Of a DNA stretch of 64,000 bases, positions 1 through 10,274 are shown piece by piece. The number at the start of each line of letters is the position of its first letter. The stretch's first letter is position 1. A program made the position numbers and the translations under genes. This stretch comes from a virus: IMG/VR virus record IMGVR_UViG_3300043570_000986, positions 23,246 through 87,245 of that record; one strand, written 5' to 3'. Under the pieces are notes generated by a model. It saw nothing but the letters and a program-made list of their open reading frames with translations, was not told the DNA's origin and did not search any database.

Positions 1-1
1 A

Positions 2-1282
2 GAAGCTAACGTTAATACATTAACTCCAGGTAAATTAGGAGTATTTAAAGCTGATCAATCAGTTTTAGCAGCAGCTCAACCTTATGTTGCAGGAACTGCA
101 ACTAATGATATTCAGTTATCTGAAACATTTGCTGATGGTTCATTTAAAAAATCAATGAAAATTGATGGTCGTGCAGTACAATCTGCAAGATTTGAAAAAT
201 ATGCTCCTGCATCTCGTGATGTATGGACTATTGGTTATCAACGTGGTTATAGAAATGCTGATGGTACTACTTACACAGCAGCAGGTGGTTCAATTGAAGT
301 AAACAATTCTTCTGATTATACAGCTAGTATTCGTTTTAAAAATGATAAATCTTTGTATTCTGAAAGACCAGAAATGTTAAGAATTAACTTTACATCTTCT
401 GCAACAGCTACTCAATTATCTATTGCTACTCAAATTGCAGCATCAATTAATAACAGTGGTTTTAAAACATTAGTAAAAGCAGTTGTAATTGGTAATGGTA
501 CAGGTATTTTTGGTTTAACAGGTGCTACAGCATATGGTGTTGAAATTACAGCATTAGATATTAATCAATTCCGTAGTTCAACTTATAAAGAAAATCGTGT
601 ATATTTTTCAGTTCAAGTAGAAGATGCTACAGGATTTGGAACAAGTACAACTTGTACACAAATTTCTGCAAATAGTCCAGGTGAAGGAACTTATAATTAT
701 GTTTATAACAAAGAAAACTTTGATTATCAATATGAAGGTTTATCTAATCGTAGATTATGGCCAGCACAACAAGTTAGTTTTAATGTAGTTAATACAGGAG
801 TATTAACTGGAAATATGGCTGCTGTTGTAACTAATCCTACAGGTAACGTAGTAACAATACTTGATGAAGATGTAGCAACTGTTACTTCAACATTAGCCTT
901 AAGAGCAGGTGAAATTATTGATGTAGATGGTGTTAAATATGAAATTAAATACATTGTTAGTGCTACTAAATTTGTACTTACTTCACAAGCATCTGTAGCA
1001 TATTCAGGAGCAAATCTTAAATTAAGATATTTTTATGATGTTTTAGTAATTACTTTTGCAGACAATACTTTTACTTCAGGTGCTGATCTTCAAGCATTAG
1101 CTCCAAAATCAATCTATATAGCTACACCATCAATTATTACTGGAGCAACAGATCCTTTACTTAGACCAGCAGTACCAACAACGGTAAGTTATTCTACAGA
1201 AGGTGTTGCTTTATTAGTAAATATTGGTGCTTGGTTAGCTGGAACTTCAACTAATATTACAACTGCAGTATTAGTAGCATAG
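2..1282 (+). CDS. Virion structural protein, probably auxiliary capsid/decoration protein (5'-truncated by window edge)
   Basis: Frame is open from base 2 into the listed ATG at 155. Thr/Ala/Val-rich beta-type composition, upstream of the tail genes in a crAss-like late operon, followed by a terminator. Confidence 0.55.
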   Translation, partial: EANVNTLTPGKLGVFKADQSVLAAAQPYVAGTATNDIQLSETFADGSFKKSMKIDGRAVQSARFEKYAPASRDVWTIGYQRGYRNADGTTYTAAGGSIEVNNSSDYTASIRFKNDKSLYSERPEMLRINFTSSATATQLSIATQIAASINNSGFKTLVKAVVIGNGTGIFGLTGATAYGVEITALDINQFRSSTYKENRVYFSVQVEDATGFGTSTTCTQISANSPGEGTYNYVYNKENFDYQYEGLSNRRLWPAQQVSFNVVNTGVLTGNMAAVVTNPTGNVVTILDEDVATVTSTLALRAGEIIDVDGVKYEIKYIVSATKFVLTSQASVAYSGANLKLRYFYDVLVITFADNTFTSGADLQALAPKSIYIATPSIITGATDPLLRPAVPTTVSYSTEGVALLVNIGAWLAGTSTNITTAVLVA

Positions 1283-1349
1283 TCTAGTTCTTAGACTACA
1301 ACTCACATCATTCTGATGTGTCAAACTTTAAAGCCTTAATTAGTATAAT

Positions 1350-1395
1350 AAGCCCCTGGTTTCTCTTCCTTAAAAGTTTTCCAGGGGCTTTATTT
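1350..1395 (+). terminator. Intrinsic terminator
   Basis: 10-bp stem aagcccctgg/ccaggggctt followed by a T-rich tract; a second hairpin cacatca-ttc-tgatgtg lies just upstream (about 1304-1320). Confidence 0.7.
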
Positions 1396-1414
1396 ATGCT
1401 TAAAAAATAAAAAT

Positions 1415-1990
1415 ATGTTATCACTAAAATTTGATCTTTGTGTAGTTAATGCGTGTACACAATTAAGATTTACAGAAACTACAGGAATTTATTCAACAGC
1501 TAATTTAGGTGGATGGGGATTACCTAATATACAAATATCTGATGCTGTTACAGCAACTTTAGCAATAACTCCTTATGGTTCTACAACAACCTATACAATA
1601 GACTTATTAGCTACTACATTATTTCCTACAGATAATACTTCATTTACTGCTGATATACCATTAGGTACTATTGGTAATCCTACAAGTATTGCAGATGGAA
1701 AATGGTTATTTACATATACTGTAACAGATGCTACAGATACATATACTAAAAATATCTATAAATACTTCTACTGTAATACTGAATGTTGTGTAACAAATAT
1801 GTTAGCAGCATTAGATTTATCATGTGATTGTTGTAAAGATTCAACAGAATACAAAAATTATATTCTTGCGTGGACTCAATTACAATCTCTTAAAAAAGCA
1901 GCAGCTTGTGGAGATGAAGCTAATTTTACAGCTATTAAAAAAATAGTAGATAAATTATGCTTAAATAGTGGGTGTAAAACTTGCAAATAA
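1415..1990 (+). CDS. Virion structural protein with Cys-rich C-terminus
   Basis: 191 aa; beta-rich N-terminus; C-terminal CNTECC, CDCC and GCKTCK; located in the structural operon. Confidence 0.55.
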   Translation: MLSLKFDLCVVNACTQLRFTETTGIYSTANLGGWGLPNIQISDAVTATLAITPYGSTTTYTIDLLATTLFPTDNTSFTADIPLGTIGNPTSIADGKWLFTYTVTDATDTYTKNIYKYFYCNTECCVTNMLAALDLSCDCCKDSTEYKNYILAWTQLQSLKKAAACGDEANFTAIKKIVDKLCLNSGCKTCK

Positions 1991-2023
1991 CAAATAAAAA
2001 CCTTATATTAATATATAGAAAAT

Positions 2024-2605
2024 ATGTGTACAGATTGTAATGAAATAACAATACCTACAGGTCCAACTGGAGCTACAGGAGCTACAGGAGAAACTGGTCC
2101 TGCTGGTACCGATGGAACTAATGGAACTAATGGTACAAATGGTACTACAATATTAAGTACTTATAATAGTACTACTGGTGTAGGTACACCTTCAGGATTA
2201 ACTGAAACAACATTATTTACATATAATATACCTGCTAATACATTAGCTATAAATGGTGATGAATTAGAATTATACGCATATTATGAATACTTTAATAATG
2301 ATCCTGTTACATTAAGAATAAAATTAGGAGCAAAAATAGTTAGTTTTACAGTAGCAGATGCAGAAAATGATTATAGAATTTTAAAAATTAAAATCTCTAG
2401 AATTTCTTCTAATTCTCAGTTATGGACAATTGAAGAATCAATTAGACAAGCAGGAGAAGGAACTGTTGCAGGTTCTATTAGAGTAGATTCATCTACTGTA
2501 GATTTAACAACTATTTTAGCTTTTGAAATTACTGCTCAAAATACAGCAACTGGTGCTAATCAATTATTACTTAAAAAAGCGACACTTTATAAATATGCAA
2601 TTTAA
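2024..2605 (+). CDS. Collagen-like repeat fibre protein
   Basis: Ten consecutive G-X-Y triplets (GPT GAT GAT GET GPA GTD GTN GTN GTN GTT) after an N-terminal CTDC. Confidence 0.75.
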   Translation: MCTDCNEITIPTGPTGATGATGETGPAGTDGTNGTNGTNGTTILSTYNSTTGVGTPSGLTETTLFTYNIPANTLAINGDELELYAYYEYFNNDPVTLRIKLGAKIVSFTVADAENDYRILKIKISRISSNSQLWTIEESIRQAGEGTVAGSIRVDSSTVDLTTILAFEITAQNTATGANQLLLKKATLYKYAI

Positions 2606-3462
2606 TGATAATAGGTTTTTTAAATACTGTTAAATCTCCAGGAACAATTACTATTATTAGTGATGATAGTGGTAATGTAATCCCAGGAGATATTGTTTCT
2701 TATGAGAAATTAATAGGAACATTTAATATTGAAGATGTTGTAACTTTTGATATAGATTTTACACAAAGAACACCTATAGCAAGTAATGTTACATTATATA
2801 CTGCTCCTCAGCAAAATATAACTAATTTAAATACTGTAAATAATCTAAATACAGTAAATAATTTAAATATAGTATTAACTAACTCTTTGTGTTGTATTTC
2901 AGAACAAGCTGTTAAGGTATCTAAACTATATTCTATAGGTGATAAGTGTGCTGATTCTGAATTACAGAAGTTAAAACTAATGAATGATTGGTTTGAAGCT
3001 TTAAGATGTTATAATGCTAATGAAAGTATTAATGCAGAATTTGCATTAACAATTACTTATAGTGCTTATACTGCATTATCAAATGTATTAAGAAATTATA
3101 CAGTTAATGTTAATGGTGTTGAATCTACTTTACCTGGAGATGGTATTAAAACAAGATTTGAAATACTTTCAGAATTATTAGATATTGTATTACCTAATAA
3201 TATTACTAATATAGTTATAGATCCTGATGGTAGAGATGAAAGATATGTTACAATATACGTTATAGGATTATGTGATACTGAAAATATTACACTATCAACA
3301 TCATTAATATCTACAGGAGCATTATTAAGTACTATAAATTTTACTAAATATAAAAATGGATTATGTACAGTTTTAAATTGTTTAACAGAAGCTGATTTTA
3401 ATATTTTACTAAGTAAACTAATGAAAGAATGTGATATTTGTGATTGCCAATTAACAACTTAA
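2605..3462 (+). CDS. Cys-containing structural protein
   Basis: 285 aa, coupled to the upstream gene (TAATG); short NLNTVN repeat; C-terminal ECDICDC. Confidence 0.5.
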   Translation: MIIGFLNTVKSPGTITIISDDSGNVIPGDIVSYEKLIGTFNIEDVVTFDIDFTQRTPIASNVTLYTAPQQNITNLNTVNNLNTVNNLNIVLTNSLCCISEQAVKVSKLYSIGDKCADSELQKLKLMNDWFEALRCYNANESINAEFALTITYSAYTALSNVLRNYTVNVNGVESTLPGDGIKTRFEILSELLDIVLPNNITNIVIDPDGRDERYVTIYVIGLCDTENITLSTSLISTGALLSTINFTKYKNGLCTVLNCLTEADFNILLSKLMKECDICDCQLTT

Positions 3463-3473
3463 AATAAAATAAA

Positions 3474-3824
3474 ATGAATTTACAATTCGGAAATCAAAGT
3501 AAAAGTTATTTAGACCAGTTACTTAAACAAAATCTTAATAGTTTTAAAGCTTTTAGTTATCAAAAACTAACAGTTACAGGTACTGCAGCAACTTTAACTG
3601 TTCCTGCAAATGCTAAATATGCAGAAATTAGATTAGAATCTACAATTACTGCAACTATTGCAGCAAGATATTTAATTACAGGTGGTGTTCCTACAGCAAC
3701 TGATGGTATGGCTTTAAATAATTTAGATCTATTTGACATAAGTGATTATCAAAATCTAGTTAACTTTCAAGTAATACAAACTGGTGCAGGTACTCATACT
3801 TTACATATACAATACTATAAATAA
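3474..3824 (+). CDS. Small beta-rich structural protein
   Basis: 116-aa ORF in a tightly packed virion operon. Confidence 0.5.
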   Translation: MNLQFGNQSKSYLDQLLKQNLNSFKAFSYQKLTVTGTAATLTVPANAKYAEIRLESTITATIAARYLITGGVPTATDGMALNNLDLFDISDYQNLVNFQVIQTGAGTHTLHIQYYK

Positions 3825-3830
3825 TAAAAC

Positions 3831-4271
3831 ATGATTTCAGCTATTAAAAATATAAAAAGAGTATTTTCTCAAAATGGAGGAAGTGGTGGAGCTGCTGTTA
3901 ACTTAGTAGGCTCTCCATGTGAAATCCAATTAGCTGCAAGTGATGAATCTACTGCTTTAACAACAGGTACATCTAAGGTTAGCTTTAGAATGCCTTACGC
4001 TATGACCTTAACAGAAGTTAGAGCTTCTTTAGTTACTGCTCAAGCAAGTGGAACTATATTTACAGTAGATATTAATGAGGCAGGAGTTAGTGTTTTATCA
4101 ACTTTATTAACAATAGATAATACTGAATTAACTAGTGTAACTGCTGCAACACCTCCTGTAATATCAGATAGTGGTTTAGCAGATGATGCTTTAATAACTA
4201 TTGATATTGACCAAATAGGAGATGGTACTGCTAAAGGTTTAAAGATATTATTAAAAGGAACTAGGGCATGA
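3831..4271 (+). CDS. Tail fibre-associated beta-sandwich protein
   Basis: 146 aa; FRMPYAMTL..VDIN..IDIDQIG..AKGLK pattern resembles phage fibre C-terminal modules. Confidence 0.5.
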   Translation: MISAIKNIKRVFSQNGGSGGAAVNLVGSPCEIQLAASDESTALTTGTSKVSFRMPYAMTLTEVRASLVTAQASGTIFTVDINEAGVSVLSTLLTIDNTELTSVTAATPPVISDSGLADDALITIDIDQIGDGTAKGLKILLKGTRA

Positions 4272-5860
4272 TAATAAATCCGTACATATATGGAGTTGCA
4301 TCTACCTATGACCCAGATGCTCAACTATTTTTTAATGCTCAAACAGCAGCAGGAGTAACTCTTTCTACTACTGAAAAAAATGCTGTTAATCAATGGGTAG
4401 TAGATAGCAAAGCAGCAGGTATATGGGCTAAGTTTAAAGCTATTTATCCTTTTGTAGGAAGCACAGCAACATCTCAAAAGTTCAACCTTAAAAATCCTTT
4501 AGATACCAATGCAGCCTTTAGACTAAGTTTTGTAGGTGGTGGAACTCATAGTTCTAATGGCTACCAACCTAATGGTATAAATGCCTATGCAGATACTTTT
4601 TTAATACCAGCACCAAATTTATTGGTAAATAGTACCCACTTATCTTACTATTCAAGAACAACAAGTAATGGTCTTGAAGTAGAAATTGGATGTCGAGATT
4701 TATCAATGAATAGTTCTTTGCTTGAAATAAGAACTACTGGAGTAACTTATGGAGCATTAAATAGTTCTCCAACTTATATAAGTTTTACAGATTCTGATAG
4801 TAAAGGGATGTACACATTAAATAGAAGTGCATCAAATGTTGTTAAAATATTTAAAAATAATATAATAGGTGTTAGTGGAACAACAGTAAGTACATCAGCA
4901 CCCACAACCTACCCAATAACTATTGGTGCATTTAATGGAGCAGGAACTACTCAATACTATTCCGCTAAACAATGTGCTTTTTCAACAATAGGAGATGGGC
5001 TTACTGATTTAGAATCTCAATTATTCTACCAAATAACTGAAAAATATCAAGTAGCTTTAGGTAGAAATATAAATGCTCTACAATCATTCTACTATAATAG
5101 TGCTTATAACAATGAAACTAATGCTTTCTTATTTAGTACACAAATAACAGATAACACTATTCAAACTGCTACAAACACTTTAGTGAGTGATTTAAAGACT
5201 GCTAATATCTTTACTAAGATGAAAGCTATCTACCCTATGGTTGGTGGAACTGCAACTACTTGTAAATTTAACTTAGTTAATGCACAAGATACTAATGCTG
5301 CTTATAGATTAGTGTTTAGCGGTGGTGGCACGTTTAGCGCAAACGGGTATCAGCCAAATGGAACTAATGCTTATGCAAATACTTTTTTAGCACCGTCTGC
5401 ATTTTATTCAACAAACATGCACTTGTCTTACTATTCAAGAACATCTGCTATTGGAACTGTTTTAGAAATAGGCAACTCTCAAATAATATCGGGTGGAACA
5501 ACTTATTCTACATTAGCAACAGCAAGAAATTCTATTTTTGGTTTTACAACAAATGGGTTAATTAGTTATTTAGCACAAGCTAATTCTTTAGGTTTTTTCT
5601 TAGGTCAAAAATTAACAAATTCATCTAGAAAAATTTTTAGAAATGGTATTGTAAATAATTTAACAGTAACAACTGATGCAAATAATTTACCAAATACAAA
5701 TGCTTATATAGGTGCTATAAATGACAATGGAACTTCTGCATTTTATTCATCTAAAGAATGCGCCTTTGCATCAATAGGTGATGGATTAACAGATGCTGAG
5801 GCCTTAGCGTTTTACAATGCAGTTAATGCCTTCCAAGTAAGTTTAGCTAGAAATGTTTAA
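4268..5860 (+). CDS. Tail fibre/receptor-binding-like protein with an internal two-fold domain duplication
   Basis: Two approx. 260-aa halves share KAIYPxVG, SxNGYQPNGxNAYAxTFL, HLSYYSRT and CAFxxIGDGLTDxE. Confidence 0.65.
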   Translation: MIINPYIYGVASTYDPDAQLFFNAQTAAGVTLSTTEKNAVNQWVVDSKAAGIWAKFKAIYPFVGSTATSQKFNLKNPLDTNAAFRLSFVGGGTHSSNGYQPNGINAYADTFLIPAPNLLVNSTHLSYYSRTTSNGLEVEIGCRDLSMNSSLLEIRTTGVTYGALNSSPTYISFTDSDSKGMYTLNRSASNVVKIFKNNIIGVSGTTVSTSAPTTYPITIGAFNGAGTTQYYSAKQCAFSTIGDGLTDLESQLFYQITEKYQVALGRNINALQSFYYNSAYNNETNAFLFSTQITDNTIQTATNTLVSDLKTANIFTKMKAIYPMVGGTATTCKFNLVNAQDTNAAYRLVFSGGGTFSANGYQPNGTNAYANTFLAPSAFYSTNMHLSYYSRTSAIGTVLEIGNSQIISGGTTYSTLATARNSIFGFTTNGLISYLAQANSLGFFLGQKLTNSSRKIFRNGIVNNLTVTTDANNLPNTNAYIGAINDNGTSAFYSSKECAFASIGDGLTDAEALAFYNAVNAFQVSLARNV

Positions 5861-5872
5861 CAAATAAAAATT

Positions 5873-6133
5873 ATGAAACTAACAGATATAACAAGAGCAG
5901 AATACACTACTTATGTAGGACTTCTAACAGTGGAACAAAAAGATGAATTAGTAGGGCAGATGTATGCTCCAGATTGTTATTTTAATCCTATAATGGATAA
6001 TGCAGATAATTGGGTTATCTCTATTGAGGAGATGGAATATAACATAAATCCTGTATATGCTTGGGTAAAAGATTTAGACTTAATATTGTATATACCTAAA
6101 GAAAATCCTTTTCCACCAATTAGTGAAAATTAA
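5873..6133 (+). CDS. Small acidic protein, possible fibre chaperone
   Basis: 86-aa ORF directly after the fibre-like gene. Confidence 0.45.
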   Translation: MKLTDITRAEYTTYVGLLTVEQKDELVGQMYAPDCYFNPIMDNADNWVISIEEMEYNINPVYAWVKDLDLILYIPKENPFPPISEN

Positions 6134-6138
6134 TAAAT

Positions 6139-7680
6139 ATGGGACAGTCAGCAGTAAAGAATCCTAGAAAAATATTCAGTCAAGCTGGGGCAGACCCTGC
6201 ATTAAATAATCGTGTAACAAATTTAGAAAATAATGAATATAAAATCCTTTACTTCCAGACCATCAGTTCAACAACAGGCACAATCACGAAACCCACAGGT
6301 GCGACAATACTTTTGGACCAATTTTATAGTGGTGGTGATGCTCTTGTTGAAACACTTAGTAATGGGCAACCAACTGGACAATCTCCGCTTACCATTGGTG
6401 GTGCAGTGGTATCGGTTACTAGTTTTGATACTAGTGGGAATTATGTCCTTAGTGGTACTCCTTCCGCTTATCCTGTAGCATTAGTCTACATATTTAAAAT
6501 TAAAGCTATTGATTTACCTAATCTAAACATGACTAACATCATGCAAATGGATGCTAATGGGTATGTACCTTATGTAGGTGCAATTACAGATTTAGATTTA
6601 GGGGAATATGAATTAAAAGCAGGTCAAATAGAATTAGATCAAAGTCCAACAGGAACAGCAGGTGTTGCAGTTACTAGATGGAATGATACTATTGGTAGTA
6701 CAGAAACTACTTTAAAAGGTGGTAGCGTTGTTATAAAAAATGGAGTTGATTTAATGGCTAGAGTAGTTAATAAAGTTACTCCAAACACTACATTAACTAA
6801 GGCGGCTTATCAAGTAGTTAAAGTAAGTGGCGCACAAGGTCAAAGATTAGCAATTGATTTTGCTCAAGGTAATAATGACTTAAATAGTGCGGACACAATC
6901 GGAGTAGTTACTGAAACTATTTTAACTAATCAAGAAGGCTTTATTTTAACAGTAGGTCAAATTGAAGAAATAAATACAACAGGTTCTTTACAAAGCGAAA
7001 CTTGGGTAGATGGGGATGTATTATATTTAAGTCCTACAGTTGCAGGTGCTATGACTAATATTAAACCAACTGGATTAACTGGTCATATAGTTGTTTTAGG
7101 ATATGTAGAATATGCACACGCTATTCATGGTAAAATCTATGTTAAGATAATGAATGGATGGGAATTAGATGAATTACATAACGTTTATATAAACCCAACT
7201 ACATTAGCAAATAACGATGTACTGCAATACGAAAGTTCTACAAGTTTATGGAAAAATAAACAAATAGATAATATATTTACAGTTCAATTTGAAACAGGCC
7301 CATTAAGCCCAGCGGATGCGACAACTTATTATTTTGGTGACGTAAGAATAACTCCAAATCTAACTGCAACTAATTTTAATTACAACTTAGGTTCTGCTTA
7401 TACAATAATTGGTGCTAGAATAAGTATTGGTAACAATACCAGTAGTGGCACAACTGAATTAGCAACTTTACAAATTAGAAATATAACACAAAGTACAACT
7501 TCTAGTTTAGGTACATTTAGAACAGATGCTACAAGTACTTCAATTAAAGGCACTACATTTACAGGTGCAAGTATATCCGTTGCTGCTAGTGATGATATTG
7601 TTGCTCAAATTGACTTTCCAACGTACGCTACTAATCCAACAACTATCTTAATTTTTTTAACTTTAATTTGTAAAAAATAA
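6139..7680 (+). CDS. Tail fibre/spike protein
   Basis: 513 aa, Thr/Gly-rich; GDVLYLS and ELDELHNV..NNDVLQY..WKN motifs typical of phage fibres. Confidence 0.65.
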   Translation: MGQSAVKNPRKIFSQAGADPALNNRVTNLENNEYKILYFQTISSTTGTITKPTGATILLDQFYSGGDALVETLSNGQPTGQSPLTIGGAVVSVTSFDTSGNYVLSGTPSAYPVALVYIFKIKAIDLPNLNMTNIMQMDANGYVPYVGAITDLDLGEYELKAGQIELDQSPTGTAGVAVTRWNDTIGSTETTLKGGSVVIKNGVDLMARVVNKVTPNTTLTKAAYQVVKVSGAQGQRLAIDFAQGNNDLNSADTIGVVTETILTNQEGFILTVGQIEEINTTGSLQSETWVDGDVLYLSPTVAGAMTNIKPTGLTGHIVVLGYVEYAHAIHGKIYVKIMNGWELDELHNVYINPTTLANNDVLQYESSTSLWKNKQIDNIFTVQFETGPLSPADATTYYFGDVRITPNLTATNFNYNLGSAYTIIGARISIGNNTSSGTTELATLQIRNITQSTTSSLGTFRTDATSTSIKGTTFTGASISVAASDDIVAQIDFPTYATNPTTILIFLTLICKK

Positions 7681-7847
7681 TGAAAACTTACGAGATTAAA
7701 TACGAACCAATTACTATTGATGGTAAAGTTATTGATAAATATAACATCTATTATTATATAGATAATGTTTTAGAAAATAAAGAATTTTATGGATATAATT
7801 TAGAATTACCGTTAATTAAAATAAGAGAAAATTATAATTTAAAATAA
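7680..7847 (+). CDS. Small hypothetical protein (55 aa, not in the ORF track)
   Basis: ATG overlaps the upstream TAA (TAATG); reads MKTYEIKYEP...NYNLK* and fills the gap. Confidence 0.55.
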   Translation: MKTYEIKYEPITIDGKVIDKYNIYYYIDNVLENKEFYGYNLELPLIKIRENYNLK

Positions 7848-7863
7848 AAGAACTTAAAAAACT

Positions 7864-8262
7864 ATGAATGCCTCAGAATTAATATTTGGAATAAAAGACG
7901 TAGTAGCAATTATCATAGGATTAGGTTCTATAGTTAGTTTTGTTTATGTTATAAAATCAAGTTCAGAAAAAGCTAACATTAAAATATCTGAAGTTAATGA
8001 TGAATTAGATGAATTTAAAAAAGTTGTAACTGAGAAGTTTTTACATTCTAAAAATACAAAAAAAGCAACAGTAGAATATATCATGGATACAGTAGAAAAA
8101 AAAGAGAATTTAATTTACAGTAAAATAACTGAAATAAAAAGTGAACAAGAAGTAGCTCACAATAAGTTATGGAACAAGTTAGACACTGTAGAGAAGATGC
8201 AGCAAAACATTAGTAATAATTTAGCTGAACTAACAGGTTATTTAAAAGCTAAAAATATTTAG
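7864..8262 (+). CDS. Membrane-anchored coiled-coil protein (lysis cluster)
   Basis: One N-terminal TM segment (VVAIIIGLGSIVSFVYVI) followed by a charged helical region. Confidence 0.55.
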   Translation: MNASELIFGIKDVVAIIIGLGSIVSFVYVIKSSSEKANIKISEVNDELDEFKKVVTEKFLHSKNTKKATVEYIMDTVEKKENLIYSKITEIKSEQEVAHNKLWNKLDTVEKMQQNISNNLAELTGYLKAKNI

Positions 8263-8264
8263 TT

Positions 8265-8810
8265 ATGAAAAAATACAAAGTTGAAGAATTACAATTACAA
8301 TTTAACAAGTTAGGTTATAAGTGGTTGCCATTTCAGATAGTTGGTATTAGATCAAAAACAGATAGTCCAAATAAGTTTGATGACTTAATAGGACTTATTG
8401 AAAAAAATAATATCACTTGGTTTACAGGTACAACTAATCCTGGAGTACATTGGTTAAAGAATTTACTAAATCCAAAAGGTGCAGCATTACTTAAACCTAA
8501 TCAGTATTTAGATACTTGGAAATTAGATTTACATCAAGGTAAATACTTAGCTCTTTGTCAAAGAAAACCTGTAACTGTTTACAGAGATTCTAATAAGAAT
8601 AATTTTGCTGAAGAAACAGCAATAGTTGATACAGGATTATTTGGTATTAATATACATAGAGCAAATCCATCTGTAATATCTAGTATAATAGATAAATATT
8701 CGGCGGGCTGTCAAGTATTAAATGATCCTACTGATTTTAACTTCTTAATAAAAAGATGTAAAGAATCAGGATTAAAAGATTTTAGTTATGTTTTACTTAA
8801 AGAATTTTAA
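8265..8810 (+). CDS. Putative endolysin with an L,D-transpeptidase-like catalytic motif
   Basis: GINIHRA...SAGCQV fits the H-x14-17-SxGC signature; flanked by TM and lipoprotein genes. Confidence 0.65.
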   Translation: MKKYKVEELQLQFNKLGYKWLPFQIVGIRSKTDSPNKFDDLIGLIEKNNITWFTGTTNPGVHWLKNLLNPKGAALLKPNQYLDTWKLDLHQGKYLALCQRKPVTVYRDSNKNNFAEETAIVDTGLFGINIHRANPSVISSIIDKYSAGCQVLNDPTDFNFLIKRCKESGLKDFSYVLLKEF

Positions 8811-8811
8811 T

Positions 8812-9000
8812 ATGACAAAGAAAAGAATAGCAGACTATGGAGCAACAGTACTAAGTTTAATAGTAGCAATAGCTTCTGCATGGATGACAATAGATTGGAC
8901 AACTTTTGATATTAAAAAAGAATGGCCTAAATTAGTACTTTCTGCAGTTATTGCTGCAGGTGGTTATGTGTCAACTTTTAAATTAAAGAATAAAGCATAA
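8812..9000 (+). CDS. Holin-like two-TM protein
   Basis: Two hydrophobic helices and a basic C-tail; the likely start is MTKKR at 8812 rather than 8788. Confidence 0.6.
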   Translation: MTKKRIADYGATVLSLIVAIASAWMTIDWTTFDIKKEWPKLVLSAVIAAGGYVSTFKLKNKA

Positions 9001-9006
9001 TTAAAT

Positions 9007-9591
9007 ATGTGGTCTAAAATAAAAGATAATTGGAATTTAATAGCTACAGTTTTAATAATCTGTGTAATATTTTTATGGGGTAAAAGTTGTGGAACTAAAG
9101 AGTTTAAACCTGAAGAACCTACTGTTATTACTATAACTAATTACAGAGATACTATATTTCCTAAAGATACTATTTATGAAAGTAAGTGGTATCCTAGTAA
9201 ACCTAAACATGATACAGTATGGGTACCTTTAGATTCAGTAGATTGTAATAAAGTATTAGTATATAATGATACTATTAAAAAAGTTGAATATGAAGCATAT
9301 ACTCAAACTACTATTCAAGGTGTGTTAAGAGATATAAAGTTAGGTATTAAACTTAAAGTTCCTTTAATGATTAAAGATTGTACAGTAGTTAAAAAAGATA
9401 GTTTGATCTATAGACCATATAAATATGAAATACATGGTGGATTAATTGTAGGACTTACAATGTTAGCACCTACAATTGATTTAAGTATAGACAGATGTAC
9501 TTATAGTATTGGATATAATCCATTTAATAGACAACCTATAATTGGATTTAAATATAGAATGTTTGGTTGGACACCTAAAAAGAAAAAATAA
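9007..9591 (+). CDS. Spanin-like membrane/lipoprotein
   Basis: N-terminal hydrophobic helix ending in GKSC, DT-rich linker and amphipathic beta C-terminus; next to endolysin and holin candidates. Confidence 0.45.
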   Translation: MWSKIKDNWNLIATVLIICVIFLWGKSCGTKEFKPEEPTVITITNYRDTIFPKDTIYESKWYPSKPKHDTVWVPLDSVDCNKVLVYNDTIKKVEYEAYTQTTIQGVLRDIKLGIKLKVPLMIKDCTVVKKDSLIYRPYKYEIHGGLIVGLTMLAPTIDLSIDRCTYSIGYNPFNRQPIIGFKYRMFGWTPKKKK

Positions 9592-9593
9592 TT

Positions 9594-10274
9594 ATGTTAA
9601 GTTTACGGAAAATTGTTGCAGATATTAGAAATATTGCTGATTCAGGTGAGAATAACTACTCATTTAGAATTAGTGATGAACAATTTGCTTTTTGGATAAG
9701 TGAAATAAGATCAATGCTTATTTCTCAAGCTGTTAGTAAACGTCAAGATATTTCAGATATTTGGGTACAGTCAATACCTTGTCTAGAATTAGAATTAGTT
9801 GATAATTCTGATTGTTGTATTATTACAACAGATTGTTATATTCTTAGAACTAAAGTAAGATTACCATCTACTATTGAAACTAGTAGTGATAATTTTATAT
9901 TAAGAGTTACTACTCCAACAGGAGATATTATATCTAAATCAAATCCTTTTGAAGTTAAATATAATAAGTATAATAAATATACTTCTAAAAAAGCTAATTG
10001 GTATCTTCAAGATGGATATTTATATATTACTTCAGAATTACTTTTGGAATATGTAAATATATTTGCTATCTTTGAAAATCCGGAAGAACTAGTTGAATAT
10101 TCTACTTGTGGAGGTTCAGCATGTTTTAACTGGGATAGTAATTATCCATGTTCATTGAAGATGGCTAATGATATAACAAATATTATTATGCAAACTAAAG
10201 TAATGCCTTTCTTACAAATGCCACATGATACTAGTAATGATGCATTATCTCAAAATCAATTAGGTAAAAAATGA
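9594..10274 (+). CDS. Tail ring/tubular-type protein
   Basis: 226 aa; position before the IHF-like and muzzle genes matches crAss-like gene order. Confidence 0.55.
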   Translation: MLSLRKIVADIRNIADSGENNYSFRISDEQFAFWISEIRSMLISQAVSKRQDISDIWVQSIPCLELELVDNSDCCIITTDCYILRTKVRLPSTIETSSDNFILRVTTPTGDIISKSNPFEVKYNKYNKYTSKKANWYLQDGYLYITSELLLEYVNIFAIFENPEELVEYSTCGGSACFNWDSNYPCSLKMANDITNIIMQTKVMPFLQMPHDTSNDALSQNQLGKK

